Below, in pieces: positions 29,525 through 46,034 of a stretch of 64,000 nt of DNA; positions within the stretch are counted from its first letter, which is position 1, and every line of letters begins with the position of its first letter. A model generated the notes under the pieces. The model was not told the origin of the DNA and did not search any database. It saw nothing but the letters and a program-made list of their open reading frames with translations. A program made the position numbers and the translations under genes. Where the stretch lies: the sequence record OQ743992, one strand, 5' to 3'. The DNA comes from Escherichia phage vB_EfeM_pEP20.

Positions 29525-30993
29525 TTACTCCTTAGTGATGGTATACTGGCTACTTTCCCAAACAGTATATTGGTCACCGTCAACAGTAATTCTTGCTGTA
29601 GTATACTGCCCGTCACTAGGTGGAACTGATTGGTTATTTGATAATGCTACTTTAACTTCATTAATCTCAATACCTTTAATTACGTCATAGATATGTCCAT
29701 AGGTTCTGTTAGGGATAACATCATTACCAACCTTAAGAGTTCTTCCGTAGGCATTAATACCTTGTACAATGCTGTCTCTGATATCCTCTTCAGGGATTGT
29801 CAAGCTTTCTTCATCATATAAAGAGTAAGAGACTTTAACAAATGCGTATTTTGGTGTTGGTCTGCTGAAATAAATATTATGTGCCAAACCACCTAAATCA
29901 TGGGCTGTACCAAAAATTGAGCCATAAGCCCTAATACCAGCAGGTTTTGTATCCCAGATTGCTTGAGCTACATTATCATTTTGACCACCAACTACGACAA
30001 TCTTAAAAGATTTTGGTGGGAGACCTTCTGAGTTTGTCTCTTCAGTATCATTTTCAACACCTGAAGCATCTGAGACACCTTGAACTCTTTTAACAGCAGC
30101 TACAATTGCATCTAAAGTCCCTACACCAGTAACTGCTAAGGATTCTAAATATCTCTGTCTAAGTTCTGTGTCAGTTTCTTCGTTTCTACCAGTTGTTAAG
30201 TCATATCTGTTATAAATACTGTCAAGACCATCAACAGTTGTCTCAATCTCAATAAGCGTACCAGCCAAAGCAGGGGTAGCACCCACCTCTTCAGCTACTA
30301 CATCTGAAATAGTTGTAATTTTTGTAAAGGTCAGAAATGTTGTCGCAGTGACAACCATAGGGTTTGTTCTGGCAATGATATCACCCTCATCTTTATAGAC
30401 TCTCAATGATGCTCCATCATTAATGACTTCTGCCTTTGCTACAATACCACCATTAATAGCTTCTGCTAATTTTGTTAGAAGTGTGGTGATTGTGTCTGAT
30501 GAGGTTGGTTTATATGAGAAAATGACGTTATCAATAATAATAACATAATCTGCATCAGTTCGTAAAGAGTTAACTTCAAGGACAGCTTCAACACAATATG
30601 ATGGGGTTAGGGTAATGTTGTTAACTGGATAAAAGATATTTCCGGCAGTACTTCTTAATCTTGTTGTTGAAGGAATGGTAGCACCAGTCGTTCCAGTAAA
30701 CTCTACCTGACCTCTTGTTGCCTGTGCAACATATCTATATACAGCATTTAAAGCTGTAATATCATCAAGGTTAAAGCCTTCGGCCTTGTCAATTGTTCCA
30801 CCGTCATAGACTTCTGATAGAATCTCATGGGTATCTGCTAAAGACCTTGCAATTGAAGCTAGGAAGAGTCCTAATTGACTATCTTCAGAAACGTCAAGGT
30901 TTGGTGAAATATCTCTAAGAAGTCTTGATTTGATATTATCAAAAATCTCCTGATATCTTAGAGTTTGTAATCCTGTTGTAGTTAGTCCTGCCA

Positions 30994-30994
<1 letters not shown>
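29525..30994 (-). CDS. putative baseplate structural protein (489 aa)
   Basis: Size and position between baseplate-sized genes and fibers; no motif confirmed. Confidence 0.5.
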
Positions 30995-36378
<5,384 letters not shown>

Positions 36379-36379
<1 letters not shown>

Positions 36380-36618
36380 TACATTTTTCCTGCTCTTCTA
36401 AGTTCGTTGTAAGCAATTTCCTCTTTATACGACCTCTGAATTTCAAGAAATTGTCTCAATGATAATAAATCAGAGAATGTCATAGCAAAGAGTTGGTCAA
36501 GTGTTTCTTTACACCCTTCCATACCATAAATAGCAAGCACAAATTTCATCTCGTCTGCTTCTTCATAGGTTGCCTCTACAGCAGCATCAGTTAGTGGTGT
36601 CTGTAGAGTGTTACCCAT
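36379..36618 (-). CDS. putative tail assembly chaperone (79 aa)
   Basis: Small acidic ORF between chaperone-position gene and tape measure. Confidence 0.4.
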
Positions 36619-36620
36619 GT

Positions 36621-37019
36621 TTACTGAGAAGTTAGGCTTTTGAAAATGCTTGCTTCGAAAAAACTTCCGAAGTTTGCCTCCAGCGCAAATGCTAAGTAAT
36701 CAATAAATTCACCATAGTTTGCTTGGAAGTATGTATCAATATTAAGTGGGAAGTCATCAACAGTTGCCCCTTGAAATAGCAGGGTAGCCATTTCTTCAAG
36801 GTTAATTTCTTCAATTCTGTCAAAACAAGCCTCAACAAGTTCTTTAAATGGAACCATTGGAACTTCTTTCTTATCTTTATCAGTCAGACTTGATAGCATC
36901 TGTGCAAAAGTTGGAACAACAATTTTACCCAACTTCATAGACATCTTAATACCATCTCTTGCCCCAAGCAGAACGATATTTACTTTCTTACCATTAATTA
37001 CTCTAGCTTCTGTTTTCAT
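36621..37019 (-). CDS. putative tail assembly chaperone (132 aa)
   Basis: Position between tube and tape measure. Confidence 0.45.
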   Translation of the reverse strand: MKTEARVINGKKVNIVLLGARDGIKMSMKLGKIVVPTFAQMLSSLTDKDKKEVPMVPFKELVEACFDRIEEINLEEMATLLFQGATVDDFPLNIDTYFQANYGEFIDYLAFALEANFGSFFEASIFKSLTSQ

Positions 37020-37040
37020 TGTGATTCCTTAATACTTTTA

Positions 37041-37080
37041 AAAGAAACAAAAAAGGGGAAGACCTTTTAAAGTCTCCCCC
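37041..37080 (-). terminator. rho-independent terminator (minus strand)
   Basis: Imperfect GGGGAAGACC/GGTCTCCCCC hairpin; on the minus strand it is followed by a T-rich run. Confidence 0.45.
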
Positions 37081-37092
37081 TTATAGGATTTA

Positions 37093-37539
37093 TTAAACAC
37101 TTGACGCTGGAATTGTAGAAGTGTAGTCTAGCTTCTCACAACCAAAAATCCAAGTTTTAGAGTTCTGGTCACGACCAAGTTCAATCTGAGGTAGTTCCTG
37201 CAACCAAGCATTAATACCGGTTGCCAGAACAGAGCCTGATGGGTCGTAGATTACGAAGTTAGAAGAGATATCTTCTTCAAGTTCCATATTGTCTTGTTTA
37301 GCTTGAATTGCAGAAAGCATCTGATTAGAGAGAGAAGTCTGCATTAGCTCAATCTCAATAGTACCTGTCTTGTCTGCATTTCTTGTCAGAGCAACCTGAC
37401 CACCCGCACCTACAACTGGTGTGATAAGTGGTGATGTTCTCTGTAGACGTAAGAATGAATCTGGAGCAAAGCCTTCAATAGCAATGCCGTTCCAGCTACA
37501 TACAACGTCTTTAGGGGAATATTGCTGATACATAGCCAT
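37093..37539 (-). CDS. tail tube protein (putative)
   Basis: 148 aa directly downstream of the sheath gene. Confidence 0.55.
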   Translation of the reverse strand: MAMYQQYSPKDVVCSWNGIAIEGFAPDSFLRLQRTSPLITPVVGAGGQVALTRNADKTGTIEIELMQTSLSNQMLSAIQAKQDNMELEEDISSNFVIYDPSGSVLATGINAWLQELPQIELGRDQNSKTWIFGCEKLDYTSTIPASSV

Positions 37540-37554
37540 TCCAATTTACCTCTA

Positions 37555-38907
37555 TTATTCGTAAGCCACTGTACCTTTCAAGTCAACATCCAAGATAGCC
37601 CCTGCTAAGATACCTGAGAAGGTAACATCTTTCAGGATACGAGCTTTCTTGTCTGCTAAAGCAACTTGAGAGGCTTTAGGAACATTAACTGTGTAAGATG
37701 ACAGGAAGTTTCTGTTGACTGCTCTTTGTAGAGAGGTTTCAATGACTTGACGAATACGGGTAATACCAGTATCATCATAAGTAATCTTACCACCCTTCTG
37801 GTTAATTAGCAAGTCTCTCAGAGAAGTTTTCAGGTCTGATTCTAACCAGTCAACACCACGGATGATATCAATCCATTCCCCACCAGAAGTAATCCCTCTA
37901 CGAACCACTGGAACACCACCATCAAGGTCAATAAAGTTACAGTGACGTGCATCTAAAGCTGACTTCTGAATACTTGTCAGAGGTCTCTGATTAGATGGTT
38001 GTAGAGAAGCAGCTACACCAGTTAACTGTGCGTTACCCCAAGCAATTGAACCTGCATCATATGGAGCACCATAAGCAATGTATGCCATTTCTGGATAGTC
38101 TTCTGCTGCTGTGTGATGCCACAAGCAAACGGTACGAGTGTACTGACTCTTAGCAAGCTGTGCTGGAACATCATTTGAACTAGCTAATTCTGTACCTTGC
38201 AGTGCTGTTACATCAGAGTTAGCTGTAAAGAAAATCTTCTTACGAGCTTGAATCTCAGAAGCCATTGCTAAGACAAACTGTTGAGTTCTGTCTTCTGCTG
38301 CAATGAAATACCAGTCAGTTGAATAAGCTTCAATAGCTGCCAGAGCAGTCGATGCTGTGTCAGCAGTTGTACTTGCAATTGACACTGTTTGTGCTGTAGT
38401 AGTAACCTTCACGAAGTCGTTCACACCAGCTTTGGTGATTACCATTGTTGCTGAACCGCCAGCACCAGTTACATTGACAGTGACCTTATCTTTAATTGTT
38501 GGGTCAGCTTCAATCTGTGTTTTGAACTGCTGTAGCACTTTCTCAGCGGTATCTGATGTCTGTGCTGTATACTGGAATGGCTGGGAAACTCCACCGCTCA
38601 CAGCTACAGTTAAAGAATAATCTGTGCTCTCAGCAACCTCATCAGGAATTGATACAGTGTACTGCATAGCACGTCTACCAATATAAAGCTGGGTTACTTT
38701 AGGAGTCTGACTCCAAAGTTGTTTAGCAGCCTTATATGCAGCAGAGTTTTCATCGAAATCTTCAGCAACTTCAGTTAAGGAAGTGTAACCACGGACTCTT
38801 TCTTCAAAGTTATCTGTTGAAGCTAAAAATAGTGGTAGCCCAAAACCTTCTCTTGTAGTTCCTGCGGTGTTCAATGTAATATCTACATTAACAATTGGAT
38901 TCCACAT
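37555..38907 (-). CDS. tail sheath protein (putative)
   Basis: 450 aa, size and position canonical for a contractile-tail sheath. Confidence 0.65.
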   Translation of the reverse strand: MWNPIVNVDITLNTAGTTREGFGLPLFLASTDNFEERVRGYTSLTEVAEDFDENSAAYKAAKQLWSQTPKVTQLYIGRRAMQYTVSIPDEVAESTDYSLTVAVSGGVSQPFQYTAQTSDTAEKVLQQFKTQIEADPTIKDKVTVNVTGAGGSATMVITKAGVNDFVKVTTTAQTVSIASTTADTASTALAAIEAYSTDWYFIAAEDRTQQFVLAMASEIQARKKIFFTANSDVTALQGTELASSNDVPAQLAKSQYTRTVCLWHHTAAEDYPEMAYIAYGAPYDAGSIAWGNAQLTGVAASLQPSNQRPLTSIQKSALDARHCNFIDLDGGVPVVRRGITSGGEWIDIIRGVDWLESDLKTSLRDLLINQKGGKITYDDTGITRIRQVIETSLQRAVNRNFLSSYTVNVPKASQVALADKKARILKDVTFSGILAGAILDVDLKGTVAYE

Positions 38908-39507
38908 TTATTTTACCCCTTTGGAGTCTACATCTAGATGGATAGTGTATTCTGGTGGCTCTTGCCCTTCTTCGTAAGCTAATTCACCATCAACAATGAC
39001 ACGCTCAATAATACTTCCACGTTCATCCTTCAGGACTGAATTTTTTACAAGAGTTACAACAAGAGGCGCAGAATTTTCGAAATCTGTATTAAGATAAGTA
39101 TAGTCATTTGGGATAGCTCCAGTGTCTAAAACTGTAGCTCCCGTCTCTTCAAGAATTAAATCCCTGACTGAACTCATCTCTAATCGTTGTTTAAGCTCAA
39201 GCATGATGCTGTGAGCACCTTTACCATTCACCGTAATTAGTACAGGAATCTGAAAAGCAATTCTGTAGCAAACTACATCATCCTCAACAAACTTATCAAG
39301 AACCCAACCATAAGGTGTTGCAGCATCTTGACAATATACGGTAATAAATGGCTGGTCAGGTTTTAAACCTTTGTCATTTGAGTTATCAGAAGGGTAATCC
39401 CTAATTACATTTGGTCTATTATTTTTATCACGAGCTAGTCTGTGACCAATAACATCCACTAAGGTTCTAACTAGACCTTTTTCAAGTTCTGCTGTTTCTA
39501 ACTGCAT
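38908..39507 (-). CDS. hypothetical head-tail joining/tail completion protein (199 aa)
   Basis: Position between capsid and sheath genes. Confidence 0.45.
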   Translation of the reverse strand: MQLETAELEKGLVRTLVDVIGHRLARDKNNRPNVIRDYPSDNSNDKGLKPDQPFITVYCQDAATPYGWVLDKFVEDDVVCYRIAFQIPVLITVNGKGAHSIMLELKQRLEMSSVRDLILEETGATVLDTGAIPNDYTYLNTDFENSAPLVVTLVKNSVLKDERGSIIERVIVDGELAYEEGQEPPEYTIHLDVDSKGVK

Positions 39508-39883
39508 TCATTTTATCCCTTCTAATAATGATATATTCATAATGGGACGTATGGGCTAATTGCTGTGACCAATCCATAGTCATAAATACTTCATACTCAT
39601 GACCATCAATCATAACAATATCAGACTCATTCCACTCTACATCATCTGAAGTTCTAAGTTTATATGTAGTATACAGGATTCTTGTATCGGTAAGTCTAAT
39701 ACCTTCCGGTAAAGCAATCTGTGTACCATTCTTTACAGAACCTTTGATATATGGCTGGATATTACCTTTACAGTTAACCTCTACAATATCTTGTGAAGCT
39801 ACCCAATCACCATCATCATTGTAATAACCATCTTCAGAGGCTTTGCGCTTTACTACAAAGCTGTGTCTGTTTAAGAGTCTCAT
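39482..39883 (-). CDS. hypothetical head-tail protein (133 aa)
   Basis: Position. Confidence 0.45.
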   Translation of the reverse strand: MRLLNRHSFVVKRKASEDGYYNDDGDWVASQDIVEVNCKGNIQPYIKGSVKNGTQIALPEGIRLTDTRILYTTYKLRTSDDVEWNESDIVMIDGHEYEVFMTMDWSQQLAHTSHYEYIIIRRDKMNAVRNSRT

Positions 39884-40362
39884 TTTTTAATACCCTTCTT
39901 AGTAGAAATTTTATAAGCAAGGTTATCCCTTAAGTCACCTGTCTCAACAAGAGGTGCATTAAAGCCTTTTTTCTTGACTGTGGAAGGTGCGTTAGGAGGG
40001 AGGATAGCAGAATTACCAAAACCTCTTTTAATTGCCTTTTGAGCATTCTTTGCAAATGCTTCTAGGGTATTTGAAGGGTCTGTGTTGAGACTGCTAAGTT
40101 GCTTATATAGATTCTTCTTAGTCTGCTCTAACAAGGTCTGTCTGTTTAGCATCATAGTGATTTCAAACAACCTACGATATACTTTACCAGAAGCTGAGGG
40201 AACCCCAATAACTTCTTGCAAATACATTAAAGCAGGATAAGAAAAACCAGAGCTATGTTGACCTTGTTCTTGAAAATACCCAACTTGAGCATTAGCCGTT
40301 TGCAAGTTCTTCATAGCCCCGACTAATTTTGCTCTAGCGGGGTGAATAACCCTTTTAACCAT
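39880..40362 (-). CDS. hypothetical head-tail protein (160 aa)
   Basis: Position. Confidence 0.45.
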   Translation of the reverse strand: MVKRVIHPARAKLVGAMKNLQTANAQVGYFQEQGQHSSGFSYPALMYLQEVIGVPSASGKVYRRLFEITMMLNRQTLLEQTKKNLYKQLSSLNTDPSNTLEAFAKNAQKAIKRGFGNSAILPPNAPSTVKKKGFNAPLVETGDLRDNLAYKISTKKGIKK

Positions 40363-40811
40363 TATTCATCTCGCTCGATAATAAATACGCCATTAACACG
40401 GTTGCAGTAATCTCTGCCTTCGTATCTGGCAGCATCACCATATTCTGTGTATTTCTTGACAGAGCAAGGATTCTGACGACGCATATCAATATCGCACTGG
40501 TTAATACCACCTGCATAGGGTAGTCCTGAAACAGAGCTTTTAACAAGGTCGTCATAAACAGCTTTAAGAGATTTGAATCTGGAAGAGTTACGTAAATAAA
40601 CACCACCAACCTTCTCATCTCCCATCTTGGCTACTTGAAAGAGTAAATATTTAAGAGCTTTGATGGCTGCTTTCTTTTCATCCTTTCCAGATTCTAGATA
40701 GAACCACTCTAGCACAGACTGTTCAATAAGAATTTCATCATTATTGGTGTCTGTGCAGAGGATTCTTACTCTATCAAGAGGGTTATTGGCTGGGTCGCCT
40801 GTATAACACAT
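40362..40811 (-). CDS. hypothetical head completion/connector protein (149 aa)
   Basis: Position immediately after the major capsid gene. Confidence 0.45.
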   Translation of the reverse strand: MCYTGDPANNPLDRVRILCTDTNNDEILIEQSVLEWFYLESGKDEKKAAIKALKYLLFQVAKMGDEKVGGVYLRNSSRFKSLKAVYDDLVKSSVSGLPYAGGINQCDIDMRRQNPCSVKKYTEYGDAARYEGRDYCNRVNGVFIIERDE

Positions 40812-40832
40812 TCATAACCCTCCTTAAGAATA

Positions 40833-41939
40833 TTAGTCTGGTTTAGCGTCAGAACGAACGTCTACCAGCAACTGAGGACGTGTGCAGTATGGTAGCATGT
40901 AAGAGTGAGCTTCAAAGTCAATACCTTCGTCACGGTCTTTTTCGTATTCGAATACGTACAGTTCCTGACCAAGTGTATTTGCATAACCCATCTTAGGACA
41001 TGGACCATATGCCACTTCGAAGATGTTGTTTGCTTCACCCAACATAGAGACGTTAGGGAAAGCATGACCTACACCAACAGTTGCTGCTACGCTGTCAATG
41101 CTCACCAGAGTGTGAACCTTACCACGCTTGTCTTTGAACTTACCGTTGTACTGGACAAACTTAACACCACCGTAGTAGAAAGTGTTCATGTGAGCCTGAA
41201 CGCCGTCAGTACCACCAGTTCTCAGAGAACCAGTAATCTGTTGCCAAGCCAGCGGAGTCTGCTGTGCAAGATAAGCGTCACGAATCTTAGGATGCTTAAC
41301 CAGTTTGCTGAAGAATAAACGGTCAACAACTACGTGAATTTCTTCACCGTTGATTACAGTGCCAGTCTTAGCTTCGTCTTCCATGTGCATACGCAGTTCT
41401 TCAATAGAAGCGTCGATGTCAGCATTAGGGTTGTCAAGGTCGAAGTAAACAGTCTTCTTCTCAACGTCGAACTGCTTGTACAGGTCAGCATACAGAGTAC
41501 CACGAGCATCAACAACTTTACCCTTCAGAGCTTGCATAAACAGGAACTCACGAGTAATATCGAACTTGGTACGAATCTTCATCAGCTTCTTAGCACGTAC
41601 TACAGCTTCAGTAGTCAGTTCGTTTGCAGTGCCTGGCTGACGTACACCCTGAATTTCATCAGGAGTAATGCTTTCAACTTCTTTGAAGTACATCATTGGG
41701 AAGCTGATTTGACGAACACGCTCAGGTGCGCTAGTCTCTGCTTTACGGCTATCACGGTCTACCGCATCAAGCAAGCTAACATCCCAATCAGTCAAATCCA
41801 TAAGGAAAGTAGTTTGGGTGATTGGTGCTGAACGGAACAGACCTAAGTTGGAAATATACCCATAAGTATTTGGGATAGACTGGACTTCACCAGTCAGGTC
41901 AGCAAGGAAAAATCTGCTTTTTTCAGAATTAGTCAACAT
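40833..41939 (-). CDS. major capsid protein (lambda gpE-like)
   Basis: 368 aa following protease and decoration genes; C-terminal ...MLPYCTRPQLLVDV recalls the lambda E C-terminus. Confidence 0.7.
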   Translation of the reverse strand: MLTNSEKSRFFLADLTGEVQSIPNTYGYISNLGLFRSAPITQTTFLMDLTDWDVSLLDAVDRDSRKAETSAPERVRQISFPMMYFKEVESITPDEIQGVRQPGTANELTTEAVVRAKKLMKIRTKFDITREFLFMQALKGKVVDARGTLYADLYKQFDVEKKTVYFDLDNPNADIDASIEELRMHMEDEAKTGTVINGEEIHVVVDRLFFSKLVKHPKIRDAYLAQQTPLAWQQITGSLRTGGTDGVQAHMNTFYYGGVKFVQYNGKFKDKRGKVHTLVSIDSVAATVGVGHAFPNVSMLGEANNIFEVAYGPCPKMGYANTLGQELYVFEYEKDRDEGIDFEAHSYMLPYCTRPQLLVDVRSDAKPD

Positions 41940-41972
41940 TGTAAAATTCTCCAGAATGTCTTATTATTGTTA

Positions 41973-42350
41973 TTACAGGCCAGTTGGTACGAAATCGATA
42001 CCTTTAGCAGCCAGAGCTGTCTTGACTGCGGCAGCATCAACACCTGACTCAAGAGTAAGCAGGTCTTTTAGTTCTGCGTCGCGGTAAATACCAACAACTT
42101 TCAACTGACCGTGGTAAGACAGTTGCAGGTCTGCATAGAAGTTAACGATACATACCGAATCAGCCTGAGCTTCTTGCCCTGCTGTAACTTTAGTACCGTC
42201 TGCCTTCAGAACCTCACCTACACGATATTCTGTAGATGCCTGTGGGGTGTACTCTTTACGAGAGTGGCCTGTTGGGGTAACCTGTTCCCAAAGAATGATA
42301 TCATTCAGAGGTTCTCTTTTACCTAACTTAGTAAAACCTTGATATGCCAT
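41973..42350 (-). CDS. putative head decoration protein
   Basis: 125 aa between protease/scaffold and major capsid genes. Confidence 0.45.
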   Translation of the reverse strand: MAYQGFTKLGKREPLNDIILWEQVTPTGHSRKEYTPQASTEYRVGEVLKADGTKVTAGQEAQADSVCIVNFYADLQLSYHGQLKVVGIYRDAELKDLLTLESGVDAAAVKTALAAKGIDFVPTGL

Positions 42351-42361
42351 TATTGTGTTCC

Positions 42362-43708
42362 TTATTTGATAAGAGATTTTAGAGCATTCTGGAGAGCCAG
42401 TTTGCGTTGTTCAGCGGTGTCTTCGGAAGCATTCTTAGCTGGTTCTTTTTCTTCTTCAACTAAATCAGCTTCGCCGTCATTACCCACTTCTTCCATAGCG
42501 TTGGAATGTTCAAGAACAGCACCAGCAGTTTCTTTCAGCTTGGTAATTTCTGATTCTTTTTCTTCCATTGCAGAAGCATGGGACGCGATAGTTTCATTAA
42601 GTTTCTGGTTAGCACCTTCCATAGCATTCATAAACAGAACACTCAGAGGGTTATCAAGACCAGCACCTAAAATAGTCGTTGCAGCTTCTTTTGCATCAAA
42701 TCCAAAAGCTTCAGCAGAAGCAGAAATCTTATTAGTCAAATCTGACAAAGCAGCTTCCTGTTCTTTAGCTTTCATTTGAGCAACCTGAAGACGCAAAGCT
42801 TCTAGTTCTTGCTTTTCTTGTTCAGTCATTTCTTCACCTGAATTGTTAACGTTTAAACTTACAGGAGCCTCTTCAGAACCTTGTAAGTAATTTAAGAAAT
42901 CATCTTGAGACATGATTGAGTTAATTAAACCAAGTTCAAGAGCTTCCTGAGCAGAATAAACATTCGCCTCAGTATTCTTTACAGCTTCTTCAGAGAGATT
43001 ACGAGATTCAGCTACAAAACCTGTAAAGGTTGCGTAGGTATCATTAATTCTCTTTTGAAGTCTTTCTTTGCTTTCTTCTGAAAGTGCTTGGAATGGTGAA
43101 CCCATACCTTTAAACTCACCAGCTTTGATGACGTTAATTGTTACGCCATTCTTTTCAAATGCCTTAGTTAATTCCTGATGAACCATGATTACACCAATAG
43201 AACCAACATCTGCATCTGGTGATGCAATAATTTCTTCAGCAGAAGATGCAAGAGCATATGCAGCGGAACAAGCGAACTCATCTACATAAGCAATAATTTT
43301 CTTTTGGCCTCTTGAAGCCATAATGTGACGTGCTAATTCAAAGCAACCTGAAGCTTCACCACCACCAGAATCAATGTGCAGAACAATAGTCTTGATTGAC
43401 TCATCTGCTAAAGCTTCGTCAAAGCCTCTGCGTAAACCTTCATAAGAGCTTAAACCACCTGTGCACATTGCATCAATGAATGTCATACGATGAGTTAAAC
43501 CACCCATAATAGGGATAATGGCAATATCATCTTTTACTTTTAAAAGACTTCTTGCTTCACCTTTGGGTTTATCAAAGTTTACTGCTGCTTGGACATCACC
43601 CAGCAATCTGTTATTCACATAAGTTGCTGCTGAGTGAGCTAATGATTCAGTGGCTAGTAAAGGTTGGTTGAATAATCTATCAGCAAGTCTGAAGATATTC
43701 GAACTCAT
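42362..43708 (-). CDS. prohead protease (S49/ClpP-like) fused to scaffold-like coiled-coil domain
   Basis: 448 aa; ...HIDSGGGEASG... and ...DEFACSAAYALASSA... resemble S49 peptidase motifs; C-terminal half is E/K/A-rich coiled coil. Confidence 0.7.
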   Translation of the reverse strand: MSSNIFRLADRLFNQPLLATESLAHSAATYVNNRLLGDVQAAVNFDKPKGEARSLLKVKDDIAIIPIMGGLTHRMTFIDAMCTGGLSSYEGLRRGFDEALADESIKTIVLHIDSGGGEASGCFELARHIMASRGQKKIIAYVDEFACSAAYALASSAEEIIASPDADVGSIGVIMVHQELTKAFEKNGVTINVIKAGEFKGMGSPFQALSEESKERLQKRINDTYATFTGFVAESRNLSEEAVKNTEANVYSAQEALELGLINSIMSQDDFLNYLQGSEEAPVSLNVNNSGEEMTEQEKQELEALRLQVAQMKAKEQEAALSDLTNKISASAEAFGFDAKEAATTILGAGLDNPLSVLFMNAMEGANQKLNETIASHASAMEEKESEITKLKETAGAVLEHSNAMEEVGNDGEADLVEEEKEPAKNASEDTAEQRKLALQNALKSLIK

Positions 43709-43719
43709 TTTTACTCACC

Positions 43720-44052
43720 CTATTTGTTTAAATCTACAGAGACTGAAGAGATAACATAGATACCTTCTTCAGCAAAGAATTGAGGTTTGCTAAGAGCACC
43801 AGTTGCCACGCATTTATCGTTAGCATCCCACAAGCTATAGTGTGAGACCGTTGCAGAAGCTGGAACAGTAATGTTAACTGTGTCTTCTGAGGCAATTAAG
43901 CCATTATCCGGTTCAGAAAAATAAATAGCCACTGGCTGAGTAACCTTATTTGCTGTAGGGTCTGCCGTTGGGTCTACATTGTGTAAAATAATAGTCGTTG
44001 GGGTTAGCGTGGCGAGGATTTTATTCTTACCATCAATAGTTAATGTTCCCAT
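43720..44052 (-). CDS. hypothetical protein (110 aa)
   Basis: Track ORF in head module. Confidence 0.45.
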   Translation of the reverse strand: MGTLTIDGKNKILATLTPTTIILHNVDPTADPTANKVTQPVAIYFSEPDNGLIASEDTVNITVPASATVSHYSLWDANDKCVATGALSKPQFFAEEGIYVISSVSVDLNK

Positions 44053-44552
44053 TAATTAAACCTTACTTTTTGTTTAAGGACTGTTGAATGGTTACCAGAT
44101 TCATCTACCACATTTACAATCATATCATATACTTTACCTTTGACAAGTACTTTGTAATCATTTTGTGAAAAAATGTATTCAAGTCTGTTTGTTTCTTTAT
44201 TAACTGTCATTGGAGATTGAAATGCAGTGTCGAGGGTAATGAAAGCGGCTTCAATGCTATTAACATTGATACGTTTATTCTCGCAGTTATATAACTTTAC
44301 ACCCAAAAGGCATGAACTGTCAAATGGAATTTTAACAATTTCACTACAATTTCCTGAAATAAACGGTTTACCACTCATTGGTGCATCAAGTAACCTACAA
44401 ATAGTGAAAACGTCAGAGATTCCACCATCACTAACATAACCTGAAAGGCTGACCCTTGAGCCAGCCTCTACAGATAACTTATCAGTAATGATAAGGACAC
44501 CCCTATACGAATGCACTCGTGTAGCATTTGAAATAGAGATAACTTCAGCCAT
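44052..44552 (-). CDS. hypothetical protein (166 aa)
   Basis: Track ORF in head module. Confidence 0.45.
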   Translation of the reverse strand: MAEVISISNATRVHSYRGVLIITDKLSVEAGSRVSLSGYVSDGGISDVFTICRLLDAPMSGKPFISGNCSEIVKIPFDSSCLLGVKLYNCENKRINVNSIEAAFITLDTAFQSPMTVNKETNRLEYIFSQNDYKVLVKGKVYDMIVNVVDESGNHSTVLKQKVRFN

Positions 44553-46027
44553 TATTTATTTGCCTTATTTGCTGTGCTTGGGTCTTTCGCTGAAGGTGTC
44601 TTTGCAGTACCTTCTCCAGCGGTCTTATAACCATCTCCTGAACGGCTTTGGCTATTTGGAGAAAGCTTTTCAGATACTGGCTGAGACTCATCAGCAGGAG
44701 GAAGACCAATATGCTCTCTAAGTTTGTTAGATAGCTCTTTGTCAACTTCCAAAGCACCTACTGCAACAGTCTTCTGAATATAAGAACCAATTGCTTCAAG
44801 GTCTGGAGTTTCGATATCATCATATGTGATTTGTACATGTTCTTCATCATCCCACATATTAAGAGCATAAGTCTGTGCAACTAAATCACGGTTAATTACG
44901 TTCTTAATTTGCTTCAGCAGAATATCTACTGACATGGCTAATAGGCTTGTCTTAGAATCTGCAAGAGAGAATGAACCATATTTTGACTGACCCATAGCAA
45001 GAACATCTGACATGAATGCCATCATAATCTGCTTGGAATATCTATCAATAATAGAACCTGTATCATATGCTTTAGCACCCTGTCTAGAAACTAATGAGAA
45101 CTCAAAGATATCCTCTTTAGTATCTGGGTCGATATATCTAGGCCAGATTAAACCTGCTCTGTCATTAGCAATCATATCATTAACAACAGTTTTGCAGTAT
45201 TGTACGAAAGCTTTCTTTTCAGGTTCTGCATTTTCATCCAGATAATCTGGAGGTAAACCAATCTTTGGCATACCCACTAAGTCTCTTGAAACACCAACAG
45301 CTTCATACTCTTCAATCTGTACCTTATACTTCCACGGTACATAAGCGTTAAGCAATGGTGAACGACCTTCTGGGTTACCATACTCATCGTCATACTTAAA
45401 CAGCATGAATTTAGCTCGTGGAAGTTTTCTTGTTAGTGGTCTTTCTCCAAGATTAATTGCTCCAGCAATATGTGAAACATTTCTCAGATTTTGTCTGACA
45501 CCAGTAACTTTTCTAAAGTCTTCGTCAAAATACCACTTATCAAGTGTTGACTGGTTTCTGATTGGTAATTTAGCCCACCCAATTAGACCATCATCAAATT
45601 TTGACTGGTACTTTCCTTTTTTACCCTGACGTTTCTTATAAACCTTTTCGTTAACACAGAACCCATAAGTGCAGAATGACATTACAGAGTTAATAAAATC
45701 TGCCCAATCATGCTCCATGTCATCCATTAAAGAATTAAAGAAGTCTGCTCTTTCAAGCATTTTAGGGTCTTGCTCTTTTCCCTTTGGAGGTACGAATCTC
45801 CAGTTGACTTTTCTGACAAACATCTTAATAATATTTACAGATGCTGCTACAGCAGGGTCACGCATCATTAATTGGAAAGTTTTAATACTTTCGGGGAACC
45901 TTAGTGCCTGACGAGGTTCTTCATAGATTCTACCATTCTTAACCTTCAGACCCAAAGAACCTACTTCACCCATTCTAAATGGTGGTAAGCTTTCTTGTGT
46001 TTCTGTAATTTCTGCCATTCTTCTCAC
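44552..46027 (-). CDS. portal protein (putative)
   Basis: 491 aa immediately downstream of large terminase. Confidence 0.65.
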   Translation of the reverse strand: MRRMAEITETQESLPPFRMGEVGSLGLKVKNGRIYEEPRQALRFPESIKTFQLMMRDPAVAASVNIIKMFVRKVNWRFVPPKGKEQDPKMLERADFFNSLMDDMEHDWADFINSVMSFCTYGFCVNEKVYKKRQGKKGKYQSKFDDGLIGWAKLPIRNQSTLDKWYFDEDFRKVTGVRQNLRNVSHIAGAINLGERPLTRKLPRAKFMLFKYDDEYGNPEGRSPLLNAYVPWKYKVQIEEYEAVGVSRDLVGMPKIGLPPDYLDENAEPEKKAFVQYCKTVVNDMIANDRAGLIWPRYIDPDTKEDIFEFSLVSRQGAKAYDTGSIIDRYSKQIMMAFMSDVLAMGQSKYGSFSLADSKTSLLAMSVDILLKQIKNVINRDLVAQTYALNMWDDEEHVQITYDDIETPDLEAIGSYIQKTVAVGALEVDKELSNKLREHIGLPPADESQPVSEKLSPNSQSRSGDGYKTAGEGTAKTPSAKDPSTANKANK

Positions 46028-46034
46028 CTAGCTA